From: Escherichia coli
Lineage (GTDB): Bacteria > Pseudomonadota > Gammaproteobacteria > Enterobacterales > Enterobacteriaceae
Assembly: GCF_044647545.1 (NCBI RefSeq)
Contig: NZ_CP172818.1
DNA length: 64,000 bases
Strand: one strand, 5' to 3'
Shown: piece after piece, positions 42,041 to 54,505 of the stretch
How the letters are laid out: every line of letters starts with the position of its first letter
Position numbering within the stretch: the first letter of the stretch is position 1
Translations under genes and position numbers: made by a program
Notes under the pieces: generated by a model
What the model was told of the DNA's origin: nothing
Database searches by the model: none
The model's input: the letters and a program-made list of their open reading frames with translations, nothing else

Positions 42041-43261
42041 ATGTTTAAGTCTTTTTTCCCAAAGCCGGGAACGTTTTTTCTCTCGGCCTTTGTTTGGGCA
42101 TTGATTGCCGTTATCTTCTGGCAAGCCGGTGGGGGTGACTGGGTGGCGCGTATCACCGGCGCTTCCGGGCAGATCCCGATTAGCGCCGCGCGTTTCTGGT
42201 CGTTGGATTTCCTGATTTTTTACGCTTACTACATTGTTTGCGTAGGACTTTTTGCATTGTTCTGGTTTATCTACAGCCCGCATCGTTGGCAATACTGGTC
42301 AATACTCGGTACTGCACTGATCATCTTCGTCACCTGGTTTTTGGTGGAAGTCGGGGTCGCCGTCAACGCCTGGTATGCGCCGTTCTATGATCTGATTCAA
42401 ACCGCGCTAAGTTCGCCGCATAAAGTCACCATCGAACAATTTTACCGCGAAGTGGGCGTCTTTCTGGGGATTGCGCTGATCGCGGTAGTGATCAGTGTGC
42501 TGAACAACTTCTTTGTCAGTCACTACGTGTTCCGCTGGCGTACAGCGATGAACGAATATTACATGGCGAACTGGCAACAACTGCGTCATATCGAAGGTGC
42601 CGCCCAACGTGTGCAGGAAGACACCATGCGTTTTGCTTCAACGCTGGAGAATATGGGCGTCAGCTTTATCAACGCTATCATGACGTTGATCGCCTTCCTG
42701 CCGGTGCTGGTAACGCTCTCCGCACATGTGCCGGAGCTGCCGATTGTCGGGCACATTCCGTATGGTCTGGTGATTGCCGCTATCGTCTGGTCGCTGATGG
42801 GGACCGGATTACTGGCAGTGGTAGGGATCAAACTGCCGGGGCTGGAGTTTAAAAACCAGCGTGTAGAGGCTGCCTACCGTAAAGAGCTGGTTTATGGTGA
42901 AGACGATGCCACGCGCGCGACGCCGCCTACGGTACGCGAGCTTTTTAGCGCCGTACGGAAAAACTATTTCCGCCTCTATTTTCACTATATGTATTTCAAT
43001 ATCGCCCGCATTCTCTATTTGCAGGTCGATAACGTTTTCGGTTTGTTCTTGCTGTTTCCGTCAATTGTTGCCGGTACGATTACGCTCGGCCTGATGACGC
43101 AGATTACCAACGTTTTTGGTCAGGTTCGCGGAGCTTTCCAGTACCTGATTAACTCATGGACCACACTGGTTGAGTTGATGTCTATCTACAAACGTCTGCG
43201 CAGCTTTGAACATGAGCTGGATGGTGACAAAATTCAGGAAGTAACCCATACCTTGAGCTAA
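42041..43261 (+). CDS. sbmA: peptide antibiotic/antimicrobial peptide inner-membrane transporter
   Basis: 406 aa from [28 protein letters not shown]..., multi-TM. Confidence 0.9.
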   Translation: MFKSFFPKPGTFFLSAFVWALIAVIFWQAGGGDWVARITGASGQIPISAARFWSLDFLIFYAYYIVCVGLFALFWFIYSPHRWQYWSILGTALIIFVTWFLVEVGVAVNAWYAPFYDLIQTALSSPHKVTIEQFYREVGVFLGIALIAVVISVLNNFFVSHYVFRWRTAMNEYYMANWQQLRHIEGAAQRVQEDTMRFASTLENMGVSFINAIMTLIAFLPVLVTLSAHVPELPIVGHIPYGLVIAAIVWSLMGTGLLAVVGIKLPGLEFKNQRVEAAYRKELVYGEDDATRATPPTVRELFSAVRKNYFRLYFHYMYFNIARILYLQVDNVFGLFLLFPSIVAGTITLGLMTQITNVFGQVRGAFQYLINSWTTLVELMSIYKRLRSFEHELDGDKIQEVTHTLS

Positions 43262-43273
43262 AAAGGAGAAGTA

Positions 43274-44368
43274 ATGTCGCGCGTCAATCATCTATCTTCG
43301 CTGTCATTGTTGGCGGTTCTGGTTTTAGCGGGGTGTAGTAGTCAGGCTCCGCAACCGTTGAAAAAGGGCGAAAAAGCGATAGATGTGGCGAGCGTCGTGC
43401 GGCAGAAGATGCCTGCGAGCGTGAAAGACCGCGATGCCTGGGCGAAAGATCTCGCCACCACGTTTGAAAGTCAGGGGCTGGCACCGACGCTGGAAAACGT
43501 CTGCTCGGTGCTGGCGGTGGCGCAGCAGGAGTCAAATTATCAGGCAGATCCGGCCGTTCCGGGCTTAAGCAAGATCGCCTGGCAAGAGATTGACCGTCGT
43601 GCTGAACGGATGCACATTCCTGCTTTTCTGGTGCATACCGCGCTAAAAATCAAATCGCCAAACGGCAAAAGCTATAGCGAACGGTTAGATTCGGTGCGTA
43701 CTGAAAAGCAATTGAGCGCGATTTTTGACGATCTGATCAGCATGGTGCCAATGGGGCAGACGTTGTTTGGTTCGCTTAATCCGGTGCGCACCGGTGGGCC
43801 GATGCAGGTCAGCATTGCCTTTGCCGAACAGCATACCAAAGGGTATCCGTGGAAAATGGACGGTACAGTCCGTCAGGAAGTCTTCAGTCGTCGCGGCGGG
43901 TTGTGGTTTGGTACTTACCATTTACTGAATTATCCCGCCAGCTATAGCGCGCCGATATACCGTTTTGCTGATTTTAACGCTGGCTGGTACGCCAGCCGTA
44001 ATGCCGCGTTTCAGAACGCGGTCAGTAAGGTCAGCGGCGTGAAGCTGGCACTGGACGGTGATTTAATTCGTTACGACAGTAAAGAGCCCGGGAAAACCGA
44101 ACTGGCAACGCGCAAACTGGCGGGAAAACTGGGGATGAGCGACAGTGAAATTCGCCGCCAGTTAGAGAAAGGGGACAGCTTCTCTTTTGAGGAGACGGCG
44201 CTGTACAAGAAAGTTTATCAACTTGCCGAAGCGAAAACGGGTAAATCACTACCCCGCGAAATGTTGCCTGGCATTCAACTGGAAAGCCCGAAAATCACCC
44301 GCAACCTGACTACGGCCTGGTTTGCGAAGCGCGTAGACGAACGGCGGGCGCGTTGTATGAAACAGTGA
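43274..44368 (+). CDS. yaiW: surface-exposed outer-membrane lipoprotein
   Basis: 364-aa ORF with lipobox (VLAGCSSQ). Confidence 0.85.
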   Translation: MSRVNHLSSLSLLAVLVLAGCSSQAPQPLKKGEKAIDVASVVRQKMPASVKDRDAWAKDLATTFESQGLAPTLENVCSVLAVAQQESNYQADPAVPGLSKIAWQEIDRRAERMHIPAFLVHTALKIKSPNGKSYSERLDSVRTEKQLSAIFDDLISMVPMGQTLFGSLNPVRTGGPMQVSIAFAEQHTKGYPWKMDGTVRQEVFSRRGGLWFGTYHLLNYPASYSAPIYRFADFNAGWYASRNAAFQNAVSKVSGVKLALDGDLIRYDSKEPGKTELATRKLAGKLGMSDSEIRRQLEKGDSFSFEETALYKKVYQLAEAKTGKSLPREMLPGIQLESPKITRNLTTAWFAKRVDERRARCMKQ

Positions 44369-44425
44369 TCAAACAGGAATGTCATGCCAGATAAAGCGTT
44401 TTAGGTCCTATCTGGCAAGTAAATC

Positions 44426-44734
44426 TTACTGGCGGCGATGTCGCCAGTGCAGCCATAGCGCCACTACTGCAAAAATGAGGCAGCCAACTAAAAACGGGAT
44501 CAGCCCGAAAATGGTGCCGACACCTAAACCAATTTCCACCCGTGGGCGACCTGTTTCCTGGACCTGCATTAAGCGCTCATAGACGCCGGGCGCATGCACT
44601 AGCAGGTTCAGCAATTGCGCCCCAGCCCAAAAGCAAAACAGCACAAACAACGCATAGGCAATATTGCCAGGCGTTGAAGAGGCATTGCGATATTTTCCGC
44701 TAAACAGCGATTTTGACAGGGTGAAATCAGCCAT
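44426..44734 (-). CDS. yaiY: inner-membrane protein (DUF2755)
   Basis: 102-aa hydrophobic ORF. Confidence 0.75.
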
Positions 44735-44993
44735 AAAAACCTCCGGAAGTCATCTGCTTCTCTTCTGGTGTGATACCAGCGGCTTATGGCAAGTCTGACA
44801 GGTCATTTAGATTGTCAATATCAGAATCATGGTAAATTGATGTTGGGAATATTCCCGAAGCGTGAATCTTCGTTGTGAGTCACAAAATGGCAACCTTAAG
44901 TTAAATTTATTAACAAATGCGAAAGTGTTGTCTACCCCACAGACAGTTGTTACAGAATATGCAAAGATGTTGTTTTTCGTTAACGGAGCTGCC

Positions 44994-45206
44994 ATGAACT
45001 TGCCTGTAAAAATCCGCCGTGACTGGCACTACTATGCGTTCGCCATTGGCCTTATATTCATTCTTAATGGCGTGGTGGGGTTACTGGGATTTGAAGCAAA
45101 AGGTTGGCAGACCTATGCCGTCGGTCTGGTGACGTGGGTGATTAGTTTCTGGCTGGCGGGGTTGATTATTCGTCGTCGCGATGAAGAAACTGAAAACGCC
45201 CAATAA
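44994..45206 (+). CDS. yaiZ: small membrane protein (DUF2754)
   Basis: 70 aa from MNLPVKIRRDWHYYAFAIGLIFILNGVVGLLGF... Confidence 0.7.
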   Translation: MNLPVKIRRDWHYYAFAIGLIFILNGVVGLLGFEAKGWQTYAVGLVTWVISFWLAGLIIRRRDEETENAQ

Positions 45207-45229
45207 GAATATTACTGGGCGTTTGAATA

Positions 45230-46324
45230 TTACATTGTGGTTTTCAGTGCGTTATCTGCAGCGTGACGCTCCAGCGCCAGCTCAATCAAACGCGTGATCA
45301 GGTCGGTGTAACCCAGACCGCTGGCTTGCCACAACTTCGGATACATACTGATGTTGGTGAAGCCAGGCAGGGTGTTGATCTCGTTGATCACCACTTCGTT
45401 CTCTGGGGTTAAAAACACGTCTACACGCGCCATGCCTGCGCATCCCAACGTTTGATAGGCCTGAACGGCAATCGCCCGGATCTTATCGTTGATTTCTGGC
45501 GCAATGGCTGCCGGAACAACCACTTTCGCGCCATCTTCGTCAATGTACTTGGTGTCGTAGGCATAAAAATCGCTGGTTAGTACGATCTCGCCACAGGTGC
45601 TGGCTTGCGGATTGTCGTTGCCCAGAACTGCGCATTCGATCTCACGACCTTTGATCCCTTGCTCAACGATCACTTTATGGTCGAACTCGAACGCCAGATC
45701 GACGGCAATTGCGTACTGTTCTTCACTGGTTACTTTGCTGACACCAACAGAAGAGCCCTGATTAGCCGGTTTTACAAACAGCGGTAACCCCAGTTTAGAC
45801 TCCACTTCGGCAAAACTGATGTTGTGACGATTAGCGCGCGTCAGGGTAATAAATGGCGCAATGTTCAGCCCGGCATCGCGCAGCAGACGTTTGGTGACAT
45901 CTTTATCCATACAGGCCGCTGAAGCCAGAACATCAGAACCTACAAACGGTAAATTGGCGACCCGCAGCATTCCCTGCAAGGAACCATCTTCGCCCAGCGT
46001 ACCGTGGACAATCGGGAAAATGACATCCACCGTCGGCAACGGCTGACCGTTTTGCGCGTCGATAAGCTGATGTTCATGTTTACCAGGCACCTGCGCAAGG
46101 CTGGTCGCCGAAGGGCGCAACGCAATATGGGCAGGATCGTCTGCATTTAGCAGATAATTGCTGGCATCGCTGACGTGCCATTGCCCTTGTTTATCAATGC
46201 CCAGCAGCACAACGTCGAAGCGACTTTTATCAATGGCATCGACAATGTTTTTTGCCGATTGCAGAGACACTTCATGTTCCGCTGATTTACCACCAAAAAC
46301 GATTCCTACCCGCAGTTTTTCCAT
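45230..46324 (-). CDS. ddlA: D-alanine--D-alanine ligase A
   Basis: 364-aa ATP-grasp ligase ([27 protein letters not shown]...). Confidence 0.95.
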   Translation of the reverse strand: MEKLRVGIVFGGKSAEHEVSLQSAKNIVDAIDKSRFDVVLLGIDKQGQWHVSDASNYLLNADDPAHIALRPSATSLAQVPGKHEHQLIDAQNGQPLPTVDVIFPIVHGTLGEDGSLQGMLRVANLPFVGSDVLASAACMDKDVTKRLLRDAGLNIAPFITLTRANRHNISFAEVESKLGLPLFVKPANQGSSVGVSKVTSEEQYAIAVDLAFEFDHKVIVEQGIKGREIECAVLGNDNPQASTCGEIVLTSDFYAYDTKYIDEDGAKVVVPAAIAPEINDKIRAIAVQAYQTLGCAGMARVDVFLTPENEVVINEINTLPGFTNISMYPKLWQASGLGYTDLITRLIELALERHAADNALKTTM

Positions 46325-46786
46325 CTTAAAAACCTATCCCGTCTAACACAAAGTGCATACATTACCACGACAAAACGGGGGATTCGCGGCCTTCTGACAG
46401 AATGTTGCAATCTTCTGCTGACAAAGCGTGCAACGTACTGGTGAAGAAAGTGCGTTATCTCAATGATGTGCGCAAGATCACAAAAATGATGAACGGGAAG
46501 CTAATTTATTCCTGGCTTGTATGGCCATGCAGTGAGTTTTTTTCTCTTAATTATAAGTTAACGAAGAGAATATATTTCATAACTTTTATTTATAATAAAG
46601 GTTGATAATTAAAAGCCTATATTTTGTGTGGGTAATTATTAAAATAAGAGAAACGTTTCGCTGGTAATCAAACAAAAAATATTTGCGCAAAGTATTTCCT
46701 TTGTCATAAAAATAATACTTCCAGACACTATGAAGTTGTGAAACATAATGTTAACTTCTCCATACTTTGGATAAGGAAATACAGAC

Positions 46787-47047
46787 ATGAAAAATCTCAT
46801 TGCTGAGTTGTTATTTAAGCTTGCCCAAAAAGAAGAAGAGTCGAAAGAACTGTGTGCGCAGGTAGAAGCTTTGGAGATTATCGTCACGGCAATGCTTCGC
46901 AATATGGCGCAAAATGATCAACAGCGGTTGATTGATCAGGTAGAGGGGGCGCTGTACGAGGTAAAGCCCGATGCCAGCATTCCTGACGACGATACGGAGC
47001 TGCTGCGCGATTACGTAAAGAAGTTATTGAGGCATCCTCGTCAGTAA
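46787..47047 (+). CDS. iraP: anti-adaptor protein stabilising RpoS
   Basis: 86-aa [33 protein letters not shown]... Confidence 0.85.
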
Positions 47048-47067
47048 AAAGTTAATCTTTTCAACAG

Positions 47068-47085
47068 CTGTCATAAAGTTGTCAC
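47068..47085 (+). promoter_or_regulatory. Pho box (PhoB binding site) of the phoA promoter
   Basis: ctgtcataaagttgtcac matches the Pho box direct-repeat consensus; -10 tatagt follows at 47096-47101. Confidence 0.85.
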
Positions 47086-47147
47086 GGCCAAGACTTATAG
47101 TCGCTTTGTTTTTATTTTTTAATGTATTTGTACATGGAGAAAATAAA

Positions 47148-48563
47148 GTGAAACAAAGCACTATTGCACTGGCACTCTTACCGTTACTGTTTACCCCTGT
47201 GACAAAAGCCCGGACACCAGAAATGCCTGTTCTGGAAAACCGGGCTGCTCAGGGCGATATTACTGCACCCGGCGGTGCTCGCCGCTTAACGGGTGATCAG
47301 ACCGCCGCTCTGCGTGATTCTCTTAGCGATAAACCTGCAAAAAATATTATTTTGCTGATTGGCGATGGGATGGGGGACTCGGAAATTACTGCCGCACGCA
47401 ATTATGCCGAAGGTGCGGGCGGCTTTTTTAAAGGTATCGATGCCTTACCGCTTACCGGACAATACACACACTATGCGCTGAATAAAAAAACCGGCAAACC
47501 GGACTACGTCACCGACTCGGCTGCATCAGCAACCGCCTGGTCAACTGGTGTCAAAACCTATAACGGCGCGCTGGGCGTCGATATTCACGAAAAAGATCAC
47601 CCAACGATTCTGGAAATGGCAAAAGCCGCAGGTCTGGCGACCGGTAACGTTTCTACCGCAGAGTTGCAGGATGCCACGCCCGCTGCGCTGGTGGCGCATG
47701 TGACCTCGCGCAAATGCTACGGTCCGAGCGCGACCAGTGAAAAATGTCCGGGTAACGCTCTGGAAAAAGGCGGAAAAGGATCGATTACCGAACAGCTGCT
47801 TAACGCCCGTGCCGATGTTACGCTTGGCGGCGGCGCAAAAACCTTTGCTGAAACGGCAACCGTCGGCGAATGGCAGGGAAAAACGCTGCGTGAACAGGCA
47901 CAGGCGCGTGGTTATCAGTTGGTGAGTGATGCTGCCTCGCTAAATGCGGTGACGGAAGCGAACCAGCAAAAACCCCTGCTAGGACTATTTGCTGACGGCA
48001 ATATGCCAGTGCGCTGGCTAGGACCGAAAGCAACGTACCACGGCAATATCGACAAGCCCGCAGTTACCTGTACGCCTAATCCGCAACGTAATGACAGCGT
48101 ACCGACCCTGGCGCAGATGACCGACAAAGCCATTGAATTGTTGAGTAAAAATGAGAAAGGCTTTTTCCTGCAAGTTGAAGGTGCATCAATCGATAAACAG
48201 GATCACGCTGCGAATCCTTGTGGGCAAATTGGCGAGACGGTCGATCTCGATGAAGCCGTACAACGTGCGCTGGAATTCGCTAAAAAGGATGGCAACACGC
48301 TGGTCATAGTCACCGCTGATCACGCCCACGCCAGCCAGATTGTCGCGCCGGACACCAAAGCGCCGGGCCTCACCCAGGCGCTAAATACCAAAGATGGCGC
48401 AGTGATGGTGATGAGTTACGGGAACTCCGAAGAGGATTCACAAGAACATACCGGCAGTCAGTTGCGTATTGCAGCGTATGGCCCACATGCCGCCAATGTC
48501 GTTGGACTGACCGACCAGACCGATCTCTTCTACACCATGAAAGCCGCCCTGGGGCTGAAATAA
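47148..48563 (+). CDS. phoA: alkaline phosphatase
   Basis: 471 aa, GTG start at 47148, signal peptide [21 protein letters not shown], active-site DSAASATAW. Confidence 0.95.
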   Translation: MKQSTIALALLPLLFTPVTKARTPEMPVLENRAAQGDITAPGGARRLTGDQTAALRDSLSDKPAKNIILLIGDGMGDSEITAARNYAEGAGGFFKGIDALPLTGQYTHYALNKKTGKPDYVTDSAASATAWSTGVKTYNGALGVDIHEKDHPTILEMAKAAGLATGNVSTAELQDATPAALVAHVTSRKCYGPSATSEKCPGNALEKGGKGSITEQLLNARADVTLGGGAKTFAETATVGEWQGKTLREQAQARGYQLVSDAASLNAVTEANQQKPLLGLFADGNMPVRWLGPKATYHGNIDKPAVTCTPNPQRNDSVPTLAQMTDKAIELLSKNEKGFFLQVEGASIDKQDHAANPCGQIGETVDLDEAVQRALEFAKKDGNTLVIVTADHAHASQIVAPDTKAPGLTQALNTKDGAVMVMSYGNSEEDSQEHTGSQLRIAAYGPHAANVVGLTDQTDLFYTMKAALGLK

Positions 48564-48681
48564 AACCGCGCCCGGCGGTGAATTTTTGCTGTCGGGTGGT
48601 TTTTTTGCTGTTAGCAACCAGACTTAATGGCAGATCACGGGCGCAAACGCTCATGGTTAAAACATGAAGAGGGATGGTGCT

Positions 48682-49002
48682 ATGAAAATAACATTACTGG
48701 TTACCTTGCTTTTCGGACTGGTTTTTTTAACCACCGTCGGCGCTGCCGAGAGAACCTTAACCCCGCAACAACAGCGTATGACCTCCTGTAATCAGCAGGC
48801 GACGGCGCAGGCGTTGAAAGGGGATGCTCGTAAGACCTACATGAGTGATTGCCTGAAGAACAGCAAGTCTGCGCCTGGTGAAAAAAGTTTGACGCCACAG
48901 CAGCAAAAGATGCGCGAATGTAATAATCAAGCAACGCAACAATCTCTGAAAGGTGATGATCGTAATAAGTTTATGAGCGCCTGCCTCAAGAAAGCCGCCT
49001 GA
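48682..49002 (+). CDS. psiF: phosphate starvation-inducible protein
   Basis: 106 aa from MKITLLVTLLFGLVFLTTVGA (signal peptide); internally duplicated TPQQQ...CN.QAT...LKGD..K.YMS.CLK motif. Confidence 0.85.
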   Translation: MKITLLVTLLFGLVFLTTVGAAERTLTPQQQRMTSCNQQATAQALKGDARKTYMSDCLKNSKSAPGEKSLTPQQQKMRECNNQATQQSLKGDDRNKFMSACLKKAA

Positions 49003-49019
49003 TACCTGATAGTGCTAAC

Positions 49020-49055
49020 GGGTGAGCTACGAAAATGGCTCACCCGAAATTTCAT
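49020..49055 (+). terminator. putative intrinsic terminator after phoA-psiF
   Basis: Stem gggtgagc / gctcaccc with 10-nt loop followed by an A/T-rich tail. Confidence 0.45.
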
Positions 49056-49103
49056 ACTTCTGCCTTTAGCCCCGTCTCTATAATTTGGGAAAATTGTTTC
49101 TGA

Positions 49104-50219
49104 ATGTTCCCAAAAATAATGAATGATGAAAACTTTTTCAAAAAAGCGGCGGCGCATGGGGAGGAACCTCCTTTAACTCCTCAAAACGAACATCAGCGAT
49201 CCGGGCTGCGCTTCGCCCGTCGCGTCAGACTACCCCGCGCGGTTGGCCTGGCTGGCATGTTCTTACCGATTGCTTCAACGCTGGTTTCGCACCCGCCGCC
49301 GGGCTGGTGGTGGCTGGTGTTGGTCGGCTGGGCGTTCGTCTGGCCGCATTTAGCCTGGCAGATAGCGAGCAGGGCCGTCGATCCGCTTAGCCGGGAAATT
49401 TACAACTTAAAAACCGATGCAGTATTAGCGGGAATGTGGGTAGGCGTAATGGGCGTAAACGTGCTGCCTTCCACCGCGATGTTGATGATTATGTGTCTGA
49501 ATTTGATGGGGGCAGGCGGCCCCCGTCTGTTTGTCGCGGGTCTGGTGTTGATGGTGGTTTCCTGCCTTGTCACCCTCGAACTGACGGGCATCACCGTGTC
49601 GTTCAATAGTGCGCCGCTGGAATGGTGGCTCTCCCTTCCCATTATCGTCATTTATCCTCTGCTGTTTGGCTGGGTCAGCTACCAGACGGCGACTAAACTG
49701 GCGGAACATAAACGCAGGTTGCAGGTCATGAGTACCCGCGACGGTATGACGGGCGTGTATAACCGACGTCATTGGGAAACTATGTTACGCAATGAATTTG
49801 ATAACTGTCGGCGGCATAACCGCGATGCGACATTACTGATTATCGATATCGACCATTTCAAGAGCATCAACGATACCTGGGGCCATGATGTGGGCGATGA
49901 AGCGATTGTGGCGCTTACCCGACAGTTACAAATAACCCTGCGCGGTAGCGATGTGATTGGTCGGTTTGGCGGCGATGAGTTTGCGGTAATCATGTCCGGT
50001 ACGCCAGCTGAGAGCGCCATTACCGCCATGTTACGAGTGCATGAAGGGCTAAATACATTACGTCTGCCGAATACGCCACAGGTAACTTTACGGATTAGTG
50101 TGGGGGTTGCGCCGCTGAACCCACAAATGAGTCACTATCGTGAGTGGTTGAAATCGGCAGATTTGGCGCTTTACAAAGCAAAGAAAGCCGGACGTAACCG
50201 CACCGAAGTGGCGGCCTGA
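49104..50219 (+). CDS. dgcC: diguanylate cyclase (GGDEF domain) with N-terminal membrane domain
   Basis: 371-aa ORF with RFGGDEFAV motif and N-terminal TM segments. Confidence 0.9.
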   Translation: MFPKIMNDENFFKKAAAHGEEPPLTPQNEHQRSGLRFARRVRLPRAVGLAGMFLPIASTLVSHPPPGWWWLVLVGWAFVWPHLAWQIASRAVDPLSREIYNLKTDAVLAGMWVGVMGVNVLPSTAMLMIMCLNLMGAGGPRLFVAGLVLMVVSCLVTLELTGITVSFNSAPLEWWLSLPIIVIYPLLFGWVSYQTATKLAEHKRRLQVMSTRDGMTGVYNRRHWETMLRNEFDNCRRHNRDATLLIIDIDHFKSINDTWGHDVGDEAIVALTRQLQITLRGSDVIGRFGGDEFAVIMSGTPAESAITAMLRVHEGLNTLRLPNTPQVTLRISVGVAPLNPQMSHYREWLKSADLALYKAKKAGRNRTEVAA

Positions 50220-50235
50220 CGTCCGGCAAAAGTCA

Positions 50236-51045
50236 TCAGGATTTACTGAGTTTTTCTGATTTTTCCATACACTTCGTCATCGCTTCGATCACTGCGGCAC
50301 GGAAGCCTTTCTCTTCCAGTACGCGTACCGCCTCAATGGTGGTGCCTCCCGGTGAGCAGACCATATCTTTCAGTGCCCCTGGATGTTCTCCCGTTTCCAG
50401 CACCATTTTTGCGGAACCCATTACCGCCTGAGCGGCAAATTTATACGCCTGGGCGCGTGGCATCCCGCCCAGCACGGCGGCGTCGGCCATCGCTTCGATA
50501 AACATAAAGACGTAGGCTGGCGAAGAACCGCTCACACCGACCACCGGGTGGATCATCGGCTCGGCAATTACTTCCGCTTCGCCAAAGCAGCGGAAAATAT
50601 TCAGCACATCAGCGGTATCTTCTGGGGTTACCAGCGCGTTTGGCGTTACGGAGGTCATCCCGGCATTAACCAGCGCGGGAGTGTTCGGCATGGCGCGGAT
50701 AATTTTCCGGTCATGGCCCAGCGCGCGGGCAAGCTGGTCGAGTGTGATACCTGCAGCAATAGAAACGACCAGAGAGTCTTTATTCAGGCTGGAGGTGATT
50801 TCGCTAAGCACTTTAATCATGATGCCAGGTTTAACGGCGGCAAAAATGATGTCGGCGATTTGCGCCACTTCTTGCGCCGATTCTGCGGCGTTGATGCCGA
50901 ACTGGTCATGCAGGGCGGCGACTTTATCCGGGGAGGGGGTATATACCCAGATTTGCCCTGGAAGCACCTGACCGCTGGCAATCAGACCGCCGAGAATGGC
51001 TTTTCCCATATTGCCGCAGCCAATAAAACCGATTTTCTTTTCCAT
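50236..51045 (-). CDS. proC: pyrroline-5-carboxylate reductase
   Basis: 269 aa from [21 protein letters not shown] (Rossmann fold). Confidence 0.9.
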   Translation of the reverse strand: MEKKIGFIGCGNMGKAILGGLIASGQVLPGQIWVYTPSPDKVAALHDQFGINAAESAQEVAQIADIIFAAVKPGIMIKVLSEITSSLNKDSLVVSIAAGITLDQLARALGHDRKIIRAMPNTPALVNAGMTSVTPNALVTPEDTADVLNIFRCFGEAEVIAEPMIHPVVGVSGSSPAYVFMFIEAMADAAVLGGMPRAQAYKFAAQAVMGSAKMVLETGEHPGALKDMVCSPGGTTIEAVRVLEEKGFRAAVIEAMTKCMEKSEKLSKS

Positions 51046-51164
51046 TGCCTCACTCCTGCCGTGAAATTCATTGTTTTGATAATCGCTGGCAGAAGCATAA
51101 ACAGAACTATGCCGGAAGGCAAAAGCGCGACACAATAGAGGATTACCCAACAAAGGATGACTTT

Positions 51165-51623
51165 ATGACAATTTGGGTGGATGCCGACGCGTGTCCCAAT
51201 GTAATTAAAGAGATTTTGTATCGCGCGGCGGAACGTATGCAGATGCCGCTGGTACTGGTAGCAAACCAGAGTTTACGCGTGCCGCCATCGCGATTTATTC
51301 GTACGCTGCGCGTCGCGGCAGGTTTCGACGTTGCCGATAACGAAATTGTCCGGCAGTGTGAAGCGGGCGATTTGGTGATCACCGCAGATATACCTTTGGC
51401 TGCTGAAGCCATCGAGAAAGGCGCGGCGGCGCTTAATCCACGCGGCGAACGTTACACGCCAGCGACCATTCGTGAGCGCCTGACGATGCGCGATTTTATG
51501 GATACCTTACGTGCCAGTGGGATCCAGACCGGAGGACCAGATAGTCTTTCACAACGTGACCGCCAGGCCTTTGCTGCGGAGCTGGAGAAGTGGTGGCTGG
51601 AAGTGCAACGTAGTCGTGGCTAA
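51165..51623 (+). CDS. yaiI: UPF0178/DUF188 protein
   Basis: 152 aa from [25 protein letters not shown]... Confidence 0.8.
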   Translation: MTIWVDADACPNVIKEILYRAAERMQMPLVLVANQSLRVPPSRFIRTLRVAAGFDVADNEIVRQCEAGDLVITADIPLAAEAIEKGAAALNPRGERYTPATIRERLTMRDFMDTLRASGIQTGGPDSLSQRDRQAFAAELEKWWLEVQRSRG

Positions 51624-51624
51624 A

Positions 51625-51642
51625 TGTAATTTATTATTTACA
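51625..51642 (+). promoter_or_regulatory. TyrR box in the aroL regulatory region
   Basis: tgtaat-ttatta-tttaca fits TGTAAA-N6-TTTACA; a GTACTAGTT TrpR-like half-site lies further downstream (~51730). Confidence 0.55.
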
Positions 51643-51805
51643 CTTCATTCTTGAATATTTATTGGTATAGTAAGGGATGTATTGAGATTTTCACCTTAAG
51701 TGGAATTTTTTCTTTACAATCGAAATTGTACTAGTTTGATGGTATGATCGCTATTCTCATGACACCGGCTTTCGCCGCATTGCGACCTATTGGGGAAAAC
51801 CCACG

Positions 51806-52330
51806 ATGACACAACCTCTTTTTCTGATCGGGCCTCGGGGCTGTGGTAAAACAACGGTCGGAATGGCCCTTGCCGATTCGCTTAACCGTCGGTTTGTTGA
51901 TACCGATCAGTGGTTGCAATCACAGCTCAATATGACGGTTGCGGAGATCGTCGAAAGGGAAGAGTGGACGGGATTTCGCGCCAGAGAAACGGCGGCGCTG
52001 GAAGCGGTAACTGCGCCATCCACCGTTATCGCCACGGGCGGCGGCATTATTCTGACGGAATTTAATCGTCACTTTATGCAAAATAACGGGATCGTGGTTT
52101 ATTTGTGTGCGCCAGTATCAGTCCTGGTTAACCGACTGCAAGCTGCACCGGAAGAAGATTTACGGCCAACCTTAACGGGGAAACCACTGAGCGAAGAAGT
52201 TCAGGAAGTGCTGGAAGAACGCGATGCGCTTTATCGCGAAGTTGCGCATATTATCATCGACGCAACAAACGAACCCAGCCAGGTGATTTCTGAAATTCGC
52301 AGTGCCCTGGCACAGACGATCAATTGTTGA
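51806..52330 (+). CDS. aroL: shikimate kinase II
   Basis: 174-aa ORF with Walker [10 protein letters not shown]. Confidence 0.95.
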   Translation: MTQPLFLIGPRGCGKTTVGMALADSLNRRFVDTDQWLQSQLNMTVAEIVEREEWTGFRARETAALEAVTAPSTVIATGGGIILTEFNRHFMQNNGIVVYLCAPVSVLVNRLQAAPEEDLRPTLTGKPLSEEVQEVLEERDALYREVAHIIIDATNEPSQVISEIRSALAQTINC

Positions 52331-52370
52331 TTTTCGAGCGCCTATACTTAACGTTCATCCCGTGAAATAA

Positions 52371-52571
<201 letters not shown>

Positions 52572-52828
52572 CCGCATCAGACTGCTCGGAAGGGATTCTG
52601 AGTGCCACCACAAGGGATCTGCGTCACATTTTTCACAATTCATGTTTTTCAAATAATTAGAATATTAAAGAATAACAATCCATTACTGGAATCATTTGGA
52701 ATCTTTACATTATGCCGTGCAGGTCTGCTGCTACGCTTTTTGTCATTTGTAGCACAGGTAAGTGTCAGCAGTGGTGCTTAGCGCTTGCCCGGTAATTAAC
52801 GACGAAATAAAAGTAAGGTGGAAGAACA

Positions 52829-53506
52829 ATGAGTGCGTCGTTGGCGATCCTGACCATCGGCATTGTACCTATGCAGGAAGTTTTGCCGCTCCTGACAGAA
52901 TACATTGACGAAGATAATATTTCCCATCATAGCCTGCTGGGGAAGTTAAGCCGCGAAGAAGTGATGGCGGAGTACGCGCCAGAAGCAGGCGAAGACACCA
53001 TTCTCACATTATTAAATGACAACCAGCTGGCCCATGTTTCGCGTCGTAAAGTGGAACGAGACCTGCAAGGTGTGGTTGAAGTGCTCGATAATCAGGGTTA
53101 CGACGTCATTATATTAATGAGTACAGCAAACATTAGTAGTATGACCGCGCGTAATACGATCTTTCTTGAGCCGTCGCGGATATTGCCACCGCTGGTTTCC
53201 TCTATTGTTGAAGATCATCAGGTGGGGGTTATCGTTCCGGTTGAGGAGTTGCTGACCGTTCAGGCACAAAAATGGCAAATTTTGCAGAAACCGCCAGTAT
53301 TTTCATTGGGTAACCCCATTCATGATTCGGAACAAAAAATCATTGATGCCGGGAAAGAATTACTGGCAAAAGGGGCTGATGTCATCATGCTGGATTGTTT
53401 AGGATTTCACCAACGTCATCGCGATTTACTGCAAAAACAGCTCGATGTTCCTGTCTTGCTCTCTAACGTATTGATTGCACGGCTGGCTGCGGAATTACTG
53501 GTGTAA
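52829..53506 (+). CDS. aroM: AroM family protein
   Basis: 225-aa ORF in conserved position. Confidence 0.8.
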   Translation: MSASLAILTIGIVPMQEVLPLLTEYIDEDNISHHSLLGKLSREEVMAEYAPEAGEDTILTLLNDNQLAHVSRRKVERDLQGVVEVLDNQGYDVIILMSTANISSMTARNTIFLEPSRILPPLVSSIVEDHQVGVIVPVEELLTVQAQKWQILQKPPVFSLGNPIHDSEQKIIDAGKELLAKGADVIMLDCLGFHQRHRDLLQKQLDVPVLLSNVLIARLAAELLV

Positions 53507-53577
53507 TTTTGCGTGACAGCCAGCGCCTCTGGCCCCTATAGTGAAGTAGATGTTCAACTACCAGACAGGGCCAGTTT

Positions 53578-53862
53578 ATGCTTCAAAGTAATGAGTACTT
53601 TTCCGGCAAAGTGAAATCGATCGGCTTTTCCAGCAGCAGCACTGGTCGCGCCAGCGTGGGTGTTATGGTTGAAGGTGAATACACCTTCAGCACCGCTGAG
53701 CCTGAAGAGATGACGATAATCAGTGGCGCGCTGAATGTGTTACTGCCTGACGCGACCGACTGGCAAGTGTATGAAGCCGGTTCGGTGTTTAATGTTCCCG
53801 GTCACAGCGAGTTTCATCTGCAAGTTGCCGAACCCACCTCTTATCTGTGCCGCTATCTGTAA
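53578..53862 (+). CDS. ppnP: pyrimidine/purine nucleoside phosphorylase (DUF1255)
   Basis: 94-aa [20 protein letters not shown]... Confidence 0.8.
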   Translation: MLQSNEYFSGKVKSIGFSSSSTGRASVGVMVEGEYTFSTAEPEEMTIISGALNVLLPDATDWQVYEAGSVFNVPGHSEFHLQVAEPTSYLCRYL

Positions 53863-54069
53863 TTCCTCGCCTTCCCCTTGAACGGGAGGGCATTTTTCTG
53901 AAATGTCCTCTCTTTAACCCATAATAATATTTCCTTTGCTGGGATTTTTTCGATTTCCGATATATTCATAATTCATCAAGGTTGATATAAATATCAGCGA
54001 AGATCTCCAGATATTGTTGCGGAACTGGCGACGATAAAAGATAAATCAGATGATGAATGGTGGCGTGCA

Positions 54070-54348
54070 TTGCTGCAAAGTCGCAATGATCATTTGCGCC
54101 AAACGGCATTGCGCAACGCACATACCCCGGTGTTGTTAACGACATTGACTGAGTCTCAGGATCGGTCGCTGGCTATTAATAATCCACAGCTGGCTGCCGA
54201 TGTGAAAACGGTGTGGCTAAAAGAGGAGCCATCATTACTCTTATTTGTCGATCAACCCGCTCTTTCGCAGTTACGGGATTTAGTGAAAATCGGGGCAACG
54301 CGGAAAATTCGCAGTGAAGCGCGTCACCGGCTTGAGGAAAAACAATGA
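54070..54348 (+). CDS. hypothetical protein (possibly ykiA)
   Basis: 92-aa ORF between ppnP and rdgC; no recognisable motif. Confidence 0.35.
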   Translation: MLQSRNDHLRQTALRNAHTPVLLTTLTESQDRSLAINNPQLAADVKTVWLKEEPSLLLFVDQPALSQLRDLVKIGATRKIRSEARHRLEEKQ

Positions 54349-54429
54349 CACAACGCCCCTGGAGCAAGTTACAGCGTAAAACGCATAATATTGCTGCGCA
54401 AAATATTATTGCCCGCCGTAGCGAATAAT

Positions 54430-54495
54430 TATATGCCTGGTGTGGCTTCGTACGCCGGATAAGACGCGGCAGGCGTCGCATCCGGCATTAAAGGT
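54430..54495. repeat. REP-like palindromic element downstream of rdgC
   Basis: CGCCGGATAAGACGCGGCAGGCGTCGCATCCGGCAT palindrome. Confidence 0.5.
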
Positions 54496-54505
54496 AAATC
54501 AGCAA